From: a virus | Taxonomy: Duplodnaviria > Heunggongvirae > Uroviricota > Caudoviricetes | Length of the DNA: 28,988 nucleotides | IMG/VR virus record: IMGVR_UViG_2778261696_000006 | Strand: one strand, 5' to 3' | Part shown: positions 1-7,446 of the stretch, one piece after another | How positions within the stretch are numbered: the first letter of the stretch is position 1 | Layout of the letters: every line of letters starts with the position of its first letter | Made by a program: the position numbers and the translations under genes | Notes under the pieces: model-generated | The model's database searches: none | Told to the model about the DNA's origin: nothing | The model's input: only the letters and a program-made list of their open reading frames with translations

Positions 1-17
1 AACACGAGCAAACAGAC

Positions 18-46
18 AAAAAAAGGGCCAGCCAATTGGCCAGCCC
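18..46 (-). terminator. Putative rho-independent terminator downstream of int
   Basis: On minus-strand RNA GGGCUGGCC-AAUU-GGCUGGCCC forms a 9-bp stem (two G-U pairs) followed by a U7 run; on the plus strand the stem has two mismatches and no U-tract. Confidence 0.45.
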
Positions 47-172
47 TTCTTAACAGGATGTCGCTTAAGCGAAATCTTAGTTAAGACGCTCCTATTAACA
101 CCCCACAGCGAACAAACACTTACCATATAAAACAACTAGTTAAAGTAATTTTTAATGCAGTGAATTGCAGTG

Positions 173-1222
173 TTATGCAACCTCTGCCGCCACATTGTCG
201 CCAACATACAGCGATAACGGATTGAGGGTTACAGCTTGTTCAAGGTGGTCAGGAGCAAAGTGCGCATACTTCATTGTTTCTCGAATATTGGCATGTCCGA
301 GAATTTTCTGCAGCACCAGTATATTCCCTCCGTTCATCATAAAATGCGCACCAAAAGTATGACGCAAAACGTGCGTCTTCTGCCCTTCCGTCAATTCAAT
401 ATTCGTTAGTTTGAGCATCTTTTTAAACTCCTGATAGCAGGGTTTAAACATTCTGCCTTGACGTACGGACAACTCGTCGTACAGCCATTTAGGAATAGGA
501 ACTGTGCGATTCTTCTTACCTTTGGTTTTGGTGAACGTTAGTTTATATGGAGAAAGTTGAGGTCGGGTCAATCTCTCCGCTTCCCCCCATCGAGCGCCGG
601 TTGCAAGGCACACCTTAACAATCATGGTGAGGTCTTCTTTGCCGTATTGCTCGCAGGCTCGAAACAGCTCCGGGAGCTGAGACAAAGTTAGCCAGGACAT
701 TTCTTTCTCAGCTTCTTTGAATACTCGGATCCCATCAAGTGGATTGGGTAGGCTCCACTCCCCTAACCGGCGGAGCTCATTAAACACTGCTTCTAGGTAT
801 TGTTGTTCGCGATTGACGGTTATAGGTTTGGCGATCCATTTCGAGGGGTCTTTATGATAACCATTGTCTATTTCACCACGTAATCGACGGTCACGATAAT
901 GAGCCCAGTCTTTCGCGGTAAGGCGAGATGCAATCGGGTCGCCAAGTCCATTACATACGATTTGAAGCTTTGCAAACCTCGACTTACTGGCGACTAACGC
1001 TTGACCGTGCAAATTGTGCCAAAGCTGAATAATCTCGCTTAAGCGTCGGCGGTCTTCTTTCTTGCCGAGCCACGGCTTATCTTCACTCTCGCTTTTGGTA
1101 AATGCTTCAAATGCCTCGGCCTCACCTTTGGTATTGAACTGCCGACGTATACGCCGTCCTTCTCGACCATTTGGATAGAGTTCACACAACCATTTTCCAC
1201 TTTTTTGTTTACTTACAGTCAT
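173..1222 (-). CDS. int: Phage integrase, tyrosine recombinase (P2/186 Int family)
   Basis: 349-aa ORF with ATG start; C-terminal HVLRHTF...MKYAH catalytic motifs typical of tyrosine recombinases; position at prophage end next to repressor. Confidence 0.9.
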   Translation of the reverse strand: MTVSKQKSGKWLCELYPNGREGRRIRRQFNTKGEAEAFEAFTKSESEDKPWLGKKEDRRRLSEIIQLWHNLHGQALVASKSRFAKLQIVCNGLGDPIASRLTAKDWAHYRDRRLRGEIDNGYHKDPSKWIAKPITVNREQQYLEAVFNELRRLGEWSLPNPLDGIRVFKEAEKEMSWLTLSQLPELFRACEQYGKEDLTMIVKVCLATGARWGEAERLTRPQLSPYKLTFTKTKGKKNRTVPIPKWLYDELSVRQGRMFKPCYQEFKKMLKLTNIELTEGQKTHVLRHTFGAHFMMNGGNILVLQKILGHANIRETMKYAHFAPDHLEQAVTLNPLSLYVGDNVAAEVA

Positions 1223-1246
1223 TGCGATACCGAGGCTAAAAGAAAA

Positions 1247-1585
1247 TTAATTACAAAGGGCTGTAGCGGCATCAATCACCGGTGAAATTGAAATTTTAAC
1301 GCCGTCATACTCAGGGTCATCCTTCCATACGTCATCTAAGTTAGACCCCTCCAGCTTTCCTGATTTAACAGCATCTACCGCCATGCCATTCAGAGGATAT
1401 CTATCATCAGTTTTGATGTCATACACAAAAGCATAAGCACGGTTAACACATGATACCTTTGCCTTTTCAAAGGTTAGAGGCCACTTGTCACCATATGCAG
1501 CGCCGTCTATCTCTTTAAACTTCTCAGCGGCTATGGCTGAGGAAGAAAGTGCAATGCAGACTATCGCAAATATAAACTTTTTCAT
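1247..1585 (-). CDS. Small secreted/periplasmic protein of unknown function (moron between cI and int)
   Basis: 112-aa ORF, N-terminal signal peptide MKKFIFAIVCIALSSSAIAAE, two Cys in mature part, strong RBS AAGGAG 6 nt upstream of ATG; resembles small YebY/DUF2511-type periplasmic proteins from memory only. Confidence 0.6.
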   Translation of the reverse strand: MKKFIFAIVCIALSSSAIAAEKFKEIDGAAYGDKWPLTFEKAKVSCVNRAYAFVYDIKTDDRYPLNGMAVDAVKSGKLEGSNLDDVWKDDPEYDGVKISISPVIDAATALCN

Positions 1586-1594
1586 TACTGCTCC

Positions 1595-2440
1595 TTAAAC
1601 ATGCTTTTCCAAAGTAAAAATAACCGCACCTGATGGTGTGATATCTGAAATATTACATTCAAACTCAGCAGACTTATTTGATAACCTGACCTTTCCGCCT
1701 GGCAACCTGATTACGTCAAAAACATCGAGTGCGCCATCAATACCAATAAGCCAGCGACCATTTCCTATCTTCGAGTTAGAACTATCAACAAGCCAAGATG
1801 TGCTCACACCATCAATAAACACTAAATCATCAGTATTTGATGGAACCATAGATATATCAGGAGTCCAGCGTCCGATATCTTTGAGTTCGCCCGCCTCGAG
1901 GCGGCACTTTCTAATCGTTAAAGCATTTGCCGGTTCACCATCATTACTGTTACGCATCTGGCCTTTTCCGGTTGATAACCATTCTAACGATACGCCAGTA
2001 TCAAGGGCGCAAGTGACAACCACGTCACCGGGGAAAAAATCGCGTCTAACCCAAGTGCTTATAGTGCCGGAAGATATACCTAATAAATCTCCAAGCTCTT
2101 TTTGCAGAGTAAAACCATACGCATCGAGAATCCGACGCAGAACCGCCCTCCCTCCATTTGCCATGATTTCATCATAGAGTTGCTTACCTTTAAGCTTAGT
2201 TTTCACCACTTCAAATCTTGCATTTGCAAGCTCACCATTAATTAGCCATCGCAGGTCAGCTCCAGTATCAAGAGCACACTCAACGAAAACGTTGCTAGGG
2301 ATTACGTTTCTAGCAAGCCAGCTACTCACGTTGTTTGCATGTATGCCAAGCCTTTCGGCTAGTTCCTTTTGCTGCTTAAAGCCGTATGCAGAAAGGACAC
2401 GTTCCAATGCGGCAGACGCATTAACATCATTTTTAGACAT
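1595..2440 (-). CDS. cI: 186-type CI immunity repressor with tandemly duplicated N-terminal HTH domain
   Basis: Track ORF 1595-2629 trimmed to internal ATG at 2440 (MSKNDVNA...); two copies of motif AYGF-QKEL-LGI...W...CALDTG-L-WL-G, C-terminal region resembles 186 CI C-terminal domain (...LPGGKV...FEC...). Confidence 0.75.
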   Translation of the reverse strand: MSKNDVNASAALERVLSAYGFKQQKELAERLGIHANNVSSWLARNVIPSNVFVECALDTGADLRWLINGELANARFEVVKTKLKGKQLYDEIMANGGRAVLRRILDAYGFTLQKELGDLLGISSGTISTWVRRDFFPGDVVVTCALDTGVSLEWLSTGKGQMRNSNDGEPANALTIRKCRLEAGELKDIGRWTPDISMVPSNTDDLVFIDGVSTSWLVDSSNSKIGNGRWLIGIDGALDVFDVIRLPGGKVRLSNKSAEFECNISDITPSGAVIFTLEKHV

Positions 2441-2461
2441 ATAACACCAACAAGAATTTTG

Positions 2462-2490
2462 TTTACAACCAAAATTTAGCGATCTATATT
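2462..2490 (+). promoter_or_regulatory. Putative rightward lytic promoter (pR-like): -35 TTTACA, 17-bp spacer, -10 TATATT
   Basis: Sigma70-like hexamers in the 113-bp cI/apl intergenic region, flanked by ACACC/GGTGT inverted half-sites (2444-2448, 2491-2495, 2511-2515). Confidence 0.4.
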
Positions 2491-2543
2491 GGTGTTCACC
2501 GACCAAGATGCACACCACTGCACTACATTTCAAACAACAGGAG

Positions 2544-2572
2544 ATAATGCGATATGTCAGATGCAAAATCAA
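2544..2572 (-). promoter_or_regulatory. Putative leftward lysogenic promoter (pL-like), convergent with pR
   Basis: On minus strand TTGATT (2567-2572) -17 bp- CATTAT (2544-2549); would give face-to-face transcription with the pR candidate as described for 186. Confidence 0.25.
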
Positions 2573-2925
2573 TCTCGACGCACGACTCGCAAAACTCACA
2601 AAATCAAACTGTGCTGCTAGATCCAACACAGTTTGATGCCATCGTTACCGCCATGCTGCCAGCTCTACAGACAATGATTCGCTCCGCTATGTCAGACACG
2701 ATGACTGTGAAAGACTTCGCCGCTACTCGCGGTGTTAGCGAGCGTCTGGTCTGGCAATGGCTCGATGAGGGAGTCCTTCTCAAAGCTCCGACCAAAGACT
2801 TTTCCAACAAAGAGGAAGCTGCTAAACGAAGCCGAACCCTCGTAAATGTAAAAGCATGGCGCGATAAGCTGACTCAACAAGCGATTGATTGTCGCTACAT
2901 CGACCAGCGCACCGCTCTTAACTGA
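2554..2925 (+). CDS. Apl/Cox-like HTH protein (putative excisionase and switch regulator); start uncertain
   Basis: 123-aa ORF, RBS AGGAG 9 nt upstream, HTH-like segment TVKDFAATRGVSERLVWQWLDEGVL; first gene of rightward early operon, position equivalent to 186 apl / P2 cox. Confidence 0.5.
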   Translation: MSDAKSISTHDSQNSQNQTVLLDPTQFDAIVTAMLPALQTMIRSAMSDTMTVKDFAATRGVSERLVWQWLDEGVLLKAPTKDFSNKEEAAKRSRTLVNVKAWRDKLTQQAIDCRYIDQRTALN

Positions 2926-2957
2926 ATTTGATTATGCAAGTTAGAGGGAATTTAACC

Positions 2958-3467
2958 ATGTTTGATTTTCAGGTTTCCAAACATCCCCACTATGACGAAG
3001 CATGCCGCATTTTCGCACAGCGTCACAACATGGCGAAGCTGGCCGAGCGTGCAGGTATGAACGTTCAAACGTTACGTAACAAGCTCAACCCGGAACAGCC
3101 TCACCAGTTCACGCCGCCTGAATTGTGGCTGCTGACTGACCTGACCGAAGACTCAACCCTCATTGATGGTTTTTTAGCGCAGATTCACTGCCTACCATGC
3201 GTGCCGGTTAATGAGTTGGCTAAAGACAAATTGCAGTCTTATGTCATGCGCGCAATGCGTGAACTCGGCGAACTGGCGAGCGGCGCGGTATCTGATGAAC
3301 GTCTGACCACTGCCCGTAAGCACAACATGATTGAAAGCGTTAACTCCGGCATTCGCATGTTGTCATTGTCGGCTCTGGCGCTGCATGCACGTCTGCAGAC
3401 TAATCCAGCTATGTCGAGCGTGGTCGATACCATGAGCGGTATTGGCGCATCGTTTGGTCTGATTTGA
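2958..3467 (+). CDS. cII: 186-type CII regulatory protein
   Basis: Track ORF trimmed to ATG at 2958 (MFDFQVSKHPHYDEACR...), matches remembered 186 CII N-terminus and length (169 aa); RBS AGAGGGA upstream. Confidence 0.8.
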   Translation: MFDFQVSKHPHYDEACRIFAQRHNMAKLAERAGMNVQTLRNKLNPEQPHQFTPPELWLLTDLTEDSTLIDGFLAQIHCLPCVPVNELAKDKLQSYVMRAMRELGELASGAVSDERLTTARKHNMIESVNSGIRMLSLSALALHARLQTNPAMSSVVDTMSGIGASFGLI

Positions 3468-3468
3468 G

Positions 3469-3675
3469 GTGCGTATGCTGAAAAGTGAACCGTCATTCGC
3501 ATCTCTGCTCGTTAAGCAAAGCCCCGGCATGCACTACGGCCACGGCTGGATCGCAGGTAAGGACGGCAAGCGCTGGCACCCGAGCCACTCGCAGGCTGAT
3601 TTACTGGCTGGCCTCTCTACTCAAAAGCGGGGGGGATCATGGCTATCGAAGCTGTTTCCGCGACTGTTCCGCTAA
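3469..3675 (+). CDS. Fil-like small protein (possible host cell-division inhibitor); start GTG 3469 or ATG 3475
   Basis: 68-aa ORF directly following cII stop (translational coupling), motif SPGMHYGHGWIAGKDGKRW; position equals 186 fil. Confidence 0.45.
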   Translation: MRMLKSEPSFASLLVKQSPGMHYGHGWIAGKDGKRWHPSHSQADLLAGLSTQKRGGSWLSKLFPRLFR

Positions 3676-3977
3676 AAGCGGGTGAACGTCTGGCCGGTCT
3701 CAATCATGTTGCCGAATTGCGCGCGAGATATTGGGGCGATAGCTGGAAAGAGGTTGAACGTTTTGTCGATGATATGCGCAATAAACGTGACCCACAATTT
3801 GAAGAAAATAATCGGGCGCTGGCCGCTATTTTCTTTCTGGCAAAAATACCGGCGGCTCGTCATGAACTCGAATTAAGTGAGCTGACTACTGACGAGAAAA
3901 AGGCGCTTATTACAGCGATGAATCATTTTCGTGCAGTAGTGAGCTTATTTCCCAAACGGCTAACCATGCCGAATTAA
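3639..3977 (+). CDS. Hypothetical early protein (position of 186 dhr-region genes)
   Basis: 112-aa ORF with ATG and G-rich RBS, overlaps preceding gene by 37 nt in another frame. Confidence 0.5.
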   Translation: MAIEAVSATVPLKAGERLAGLNHVAELRARYWGDSWKEVERFVDDMRNKRDPQFEENNRALAAIFFLAKIPAARHELELSELTTDEKKALITAMNHFRAVVSLFPKRLTMPN

Positions 3978-4044
3978 TCCAAACAGAAATTTAATGGCGT
4001 AAACCCGCCGGGCATCTTATTGCCCGAAATCAGGAGAGTTAATT

Positions 4045-4272
4045 ATGCGTAATACCGAAATCCGTAGTTTTAACACTGATAGCGATGCGCTGGCCGTATT
4101 GCTGACCGATGCAAAAAAAGAAGAGCGTAAAGACCGCGCGCTCGCTGTTTCCATCCGCCTTGAGGCGCTGGCTATCCATATTACCAGAGAGGGAATGAGC
4201 GGCACCGAAGCTGCCGAACTGCTGCGCCGTGAAGCAACCCGCTTTGAGAATGAATCACAGGAGCTGCACTAA
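4045..4272 (+). CDS. Hypothetical small early protein
   Basis: 75-aa ORF, RBS AGGAG 8 nt upstream of ATG, TAATG overlap with next gene. Confidence 0.55.
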   Translation: MRNTEIRSFNTDSDALAVLLTDAKKEERKDRALAVSIRLEALAIHITREGMSGTEAAELLRREATRFENESQELH

Positions 4273-4493
4273 TGGCCGACGCAATGGATTTAGCACAACT
4301 GCGCGAGCAGGAAGACCGCGAACGCCACATCAGCAACGCACGCACCCGTATCGCTGCACCTTCCCGTTTTCTTTGCGATGAATGTGACGCACCAATCCCG
4401 GAAGCTCGCCGCATTGCGATTCCGGGCGTGGCTTTTTGCGTAACCTGCCAGCAAATCGCAGAGCTAAAAAACAAACACTATCGGGGGGTATAA
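4272..4493 (+). CDS. TraR/DksA-family C4 zinc-finger protein
   Basis: 73 aa with C-x2-C-x17-C-x2-C (CDEC...CVTC) characteristic of TraR/DksA-type zinc fingers; lies immediately upstream of replication gene. Confidence 0.7.
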   Translation: MADAMDLAQLREQEDRERHISNARTRIAAPSRFLCDECDAPIPEARRIAIPGVAFCVTCQQIAELKNKHYRGV

Positions 4494-4494
4494 A

Positions 4495-6717
4495 TTGGCT
4501 GTTCAATTCGCTTATCCGTGGAACGTTCCACGGTCGGCAATCTCCAGCCCATACCTTACTTATGCGCAACAGCATCGCCGCGACCGTATGTTCGCGGCTT
4601 TGCTGCATGCAAAAAAGGTGCTTTCTCTCCAGCCCGACTGCGTGCGGTTAGATGTTTATCGCACTGCTGCGGTGCTGGAGCAAAATCAGGGTAGTCAACG
4701 AGCCAATGCATTTTTAATCAGCTTCTGCAAAAAGGCATTGCCGCGTCTTGAACTGGTCGCAAAAAAATACGAATGCGCTGGTATCAACAGCAAGGTATCA
4801 ACCGCTGTTTTTGGAAGTCATTTTGATACTCAGCAAATGCAATATCTGTCGTCACGCATGGTTAATATGGTCGCCCGATATAACCGTCTCCCGGACATGT
4901 CGCGCGCTGATGTTGACCTGTTGGCCGCTGATATTGCTAATTTCATTCGTGGTGAACTTGCCAACATTAATGACCACGGATTCGGCGAGCTTAAAACGCT
5001 GTACACCTGGTATATTCGTGCTGGCTTTATTTCCCTCCAATTTAACGTTATCCCACCACATTGGGAGCGGGTTGAAAAAAAATATGTCGGTGCGGATGAA
5101 ATCGCACCGGCTATCGCCAAAATGTTTAACGATGGGTGGTGGCGCGGTCGTTTGCGCCGTGTTGCAGCTACGTGGCGCGAACACCTGCAAATTGCAGTCG
5201 GCAACGTCAGTAAGAAAAAAAACACTTACGCGAGTAAAAACTGCGTGACTGACTGGCGTGAACAAAAGCGCCGCACTCGTGAATTTCTCAAAGGTCTGGA
5301 TCTCGAAGACGAAGACGGCAACCGTATCAGCCTGATTGAAAAATATGATGGCTCAGTTGCTAACCCTGCGATTCGCCGCTGTGAGCTCATGACCCGCATT
5401 CGTGGGTTTGAAAACATCTGTAATGAGCTCGGTTATGTCGGTGAGTTTTACACTCTAACCGCGCCGTCAAAATATCACGCCACGACTAAAGCCGGTTACC
5501 GTAACAGCAAATGGAGCGGTGCCAGCCCGGCTGACACGCAAAACTATCTAACCGGTATCTGGGCGCGTATCCGTGCCAAACTACATCGGGAAGATGTCCG
5601 TATTTTCGGTATTCGTGTCGCCGAGCCTCATCACGACGGCACTCCACACTGGCACATGCTGATGTTCATGCTGCCGGAAGATGTTGAATATGTTCGCTCC
5701 ATCGTCCGTAAATACGCATGGAAAGAAGACCGCCACGAACTGAAAAGCGATAAATCCAAAAAAGCACGTTTCCACGCCGAGTCCATTGACCCGGAGAAAG
5801 GCAGTGCAACCGGCTATGTTGCTAAATACATCTCAAAAAATATCGACGGTTATGCTCTCGATGGTGAAACCGATGATGAAAGCGGTGAGCTGCTGAAAGA
5901 GACAGCCCCCGCCGTTTCAGCATGGGCTGCGCGCTGGCACATCCGTCAGTTTCAGTTTATTGGTGGTGCGCCGGTGACGGTTTACCGTGAGTTGCGTCGC
6001 CTCGCTGATACCGAAACCGCGCGCGGTCTGAGCGTTGAGTTTGCCGCCGTCCATGATGCCGCCGACGCTGGTGACTGGGCTGGTTATGTTAATGCTCAGG
6101 GTGGGCCGTTTGTCCGTCGCGATGATTTACAGGTGCGCACACTGTATGAACCGCGTACCGAGCTTAATCAGTACGGTGAGGAAACGGTATGTATTAAGGG
6201 GGTCTACGATTCCTCCATAGGTGCAGGGAGTCCGATTTTAACCCGGCTCACTCAGTGGAAGATTGTTCCGAAGCGTGCTGTTGATTTGGCCGTTGACCTT
6301 CAGGACGGCAAAGCCGTCCCTCGGAGTTCTGTCAATAACTGTACGGGAAGCGAAAGCGATCCACCGATACTGGATTTAACAAAACCACTGAGTCGGCGTG
6401 AAAGACGAGAATTGACCAACCGACTCAGGAAGCAAAAGCCAGCAGCACGGCGAAAACTCATCCACGGAACGGATGAGCAAAACGCAGCTATAGCTAAAAC
6501 TATCGACGAGATACATCTGACAACCGGCATTAATATCAGCCGGGGCGAAGCCCTGCACCTGATGGCCGGTGGTAAAAGTTGTTTTGATGGTAAATGGCTA
6601 CGCGGAACGGCCAAAGGAGAAATATTTTCCGCAGCACCATCGCATGAGGCTAAAGCTCGGAAAATCCTTAATCGTGTTGCGGCGATGGCTGAAGCATCAA
6701 AACCAATACATGAGTAA
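4495..6717 (+). CDS. A: Replication initiation protein A (rolling-circle HUH endonuclease); start is TTG 4495 or a downstream ATG
   Basis: 740-aa ORF containing HUH motif (TPHWHMLMF) and catalytic tyrosine motif YVAKYISKNIDGYALDG as in P2/186 gpA. Confidence 0.9.
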   Translation: MAVQFAYPWNVPRSAISSPYLTYAQQHRRDRMFAALLHAKKVLSLQPDCVRLDVYRTAAVLEQNQGSQRANAFLISFCKKALPRLELVAKKYECAGINSKVSTAVFGSHFDTQQMQYLSSRMVNMVARYNRLPDMSRADVDLLAADIANFIRGELANINDHGFGELKTLYTWYIRAGFISLQFNVIPPHWERVEKKYVGADEIAPAIAKMFNDGWWRGRLRRVAATWREHLQIAVGNVSKKKNTYASKNCVTDWREQKRRTREFLKGLDLEDEDGNRISLIEKYDGSVANPAIRRCELMTRIRGFENICNELGYVGEFYTLTAPSKYHATTKAGYRNSKWSGASPADTQNYLTGIWARIRAKLHREDVRIFGIRVAEPHHDGTPHWHMLMFMLPEDVEYVRSIVRKYAWKEDRHELKSDKSKKARFHAESIDPEKGSATGYVAKYISKNIDGYALDGETDDESGELLKETAPAVSAWAARWHIRQFQFIGGAPVTVYRELRRLADTETARGLSVEFAAVHDAADAGDWAGYVNAQGGPFVRRDDLQVRTLYEPRTELNQYGEETVCIKGVYDSSIGAGSPILTRLTQWKIVPKRAVDLAVDLQDGKAVPRSSVNNCTGSESDPPILDLTKPLSRRERRELTNRLRKQKPAARRKLIHGTDEQNAAIAKTIDEIHLTTGINISRGEALHLMAGGKSCFDGKWLRGTAKGEIFSAAPSHEAKARKILNRVAAMAEASKPIHE

Positions 6718-6777
6718 TTCATATCCATATCATGCACATACAGCAATCGCTCTATTCGTTTTTTTTCTTCCCATCTT

Positions 6778-6811
6778 TTGCCAATACGTGCTACTGTATA
6801 AATATACAGTA
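6778..6811 (+). promoter_or_regulatory. SOS-regulated promoter: -35 TTGCCA (6778-6783) with LexA box TACTGTATAAATATACAGTA (6792-6811)
   Basis: Perfect 9-bp dyad arms CTGT-N8-ACAG matching LexA consensus, overlapping the -10 region 20 nt upstream of ATG 6831. Confidence 0.75.
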
Positions 6812-6830
6812 ACCCTGTGGGAGGGATTTC

Positions 6831-7013
6831 ATGGTTGGCGAACATTTCAGCCGAACGCAGCAAAAGTGGGCTTGTGTGCAATTTATTGCCGAGGTATCTC
6901 TGATTGCAAACTGCAAGCCATCAGACTTAAAGCTCGCGCTCACTCTCATTGCAGACCTAGCAAACAGCGAAAATAACGAAACCGAAGATGATAATTTTTA
7001 TAAGGCTGATTAG
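6831..7013 (+). CDS. LexA-controlled small protein, candidate Tum-type antirepressor
   Basis: 60-aa ORF with RBS GGGAGGG, immediately downstream of LexA box; positional analogy to the 186 p95/tum operon; no sequence-level confirmation possible here. Confidence 0.4.
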   Translation: MVGEHFSRTQQKWACVQFIAEVSLIANCKPSDLKLALTLIADLANSENNETEDDNFYKAD

Positions 7014-7016
7014 ATT

Positions 7017-7247
7017 ATGAGAATCAATATCACGTTGGATAAAGAGCAAAAATTAGGGCAACAGATCATTGATGCTTTTCAGAATGAAATAACACATCGA
7101 GTACAATGCGTTTTTCCTGCAACAAAAGTTAACGTTAAGAAAGGGTCAATGACTGGTGTAGAGGCTATCGGATTCGATAAAGAGGCGGACAGAGAAACAT
7201 TAGGCAGCATATTACAAGAGATTTGGGAAGACGATAGCTGGCGTTAA
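7017..7247 (+). CDS. dinI: DinI-family protein
   Basis: 76 aa, MRINITLDKEQ...LQEIWEDDSW resembles DinI family (MRIEV...ILQETWE); second gene of the LexA-box operon. Confidence 0.75.
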   Translation: MRINITLDKEQKLGQQIIDAFQNEITHRVQCVFPATKVNVKKGSMTGVEAIGFDKEADRETLGSILQEIWEDDSWR

Positions 7248-7265
7248 ACAGAATAACCGTGCTGG

Positions 7266-7329
7266 CGCAAAAACTAGCTTTTTGCGTCGGCGGGGTTGAG
7301 TAACGAGCCCACGAGGCTTAAGTCCTGCC
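7266..7329 (+). repeat. Structured repeat copy R1 (hairpin plus GGCGGGGTTGA...AACGAGC...ACGAGGC...CCTGCC)
   Basis: Hairpin CGCAAAAA-CTAGC-TTTTTGCG followed by conserved GC-rich core; about 80 percent identical to copy at 7672-7733. Confidence 0.6.
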
Positions 7330-7446
7330 TTTCAAAATTTCTCAATGTGCTATTGATGACACCCCCATGATTAATGAGGCATGACCTGAGATGGTTTTAT
7401 AGTGGCGTTTTGACGGCACTGATTAAAATTCATTGAGGGTGATAAT

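Noticed and set aside
1-172. tRNA gene or tRNA 3' fragment at the integrase-side flank
   Set aside because: No T-arm-like GGTTCGAATCC-type sequence or acceptor-stem pairing visible; the only structure is the int terminator hairpin.
1638-2177. 179-aa ORF on the plus strand
   Set aside because: Lies entirely antisense to the well-supported CI repressor gene, with no RBS and low-complexity Ser/Pro-rich translation; treated as a shadow ORF.
4495-4587. Downstream ATG (4588) as the true start of gene A
   Set aside because: Not excluded, but TTG 4495 has a G-rich RBS at good spacing and abuts the TraR-like stop for coupling, whereas ATG 4588 has no RBS; kept the longer model and flagged the uncertainty.
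6300-6881. 193-aa minus-strand ORF and 135-aa plus-strand ORF (6569-6976) spanning the end of gene A
   Set aside because: Both overlap the 3' end of A and run across the LexA box and promoter; no RBS; better explained by the A coding region plus the downstream SOS promoter.
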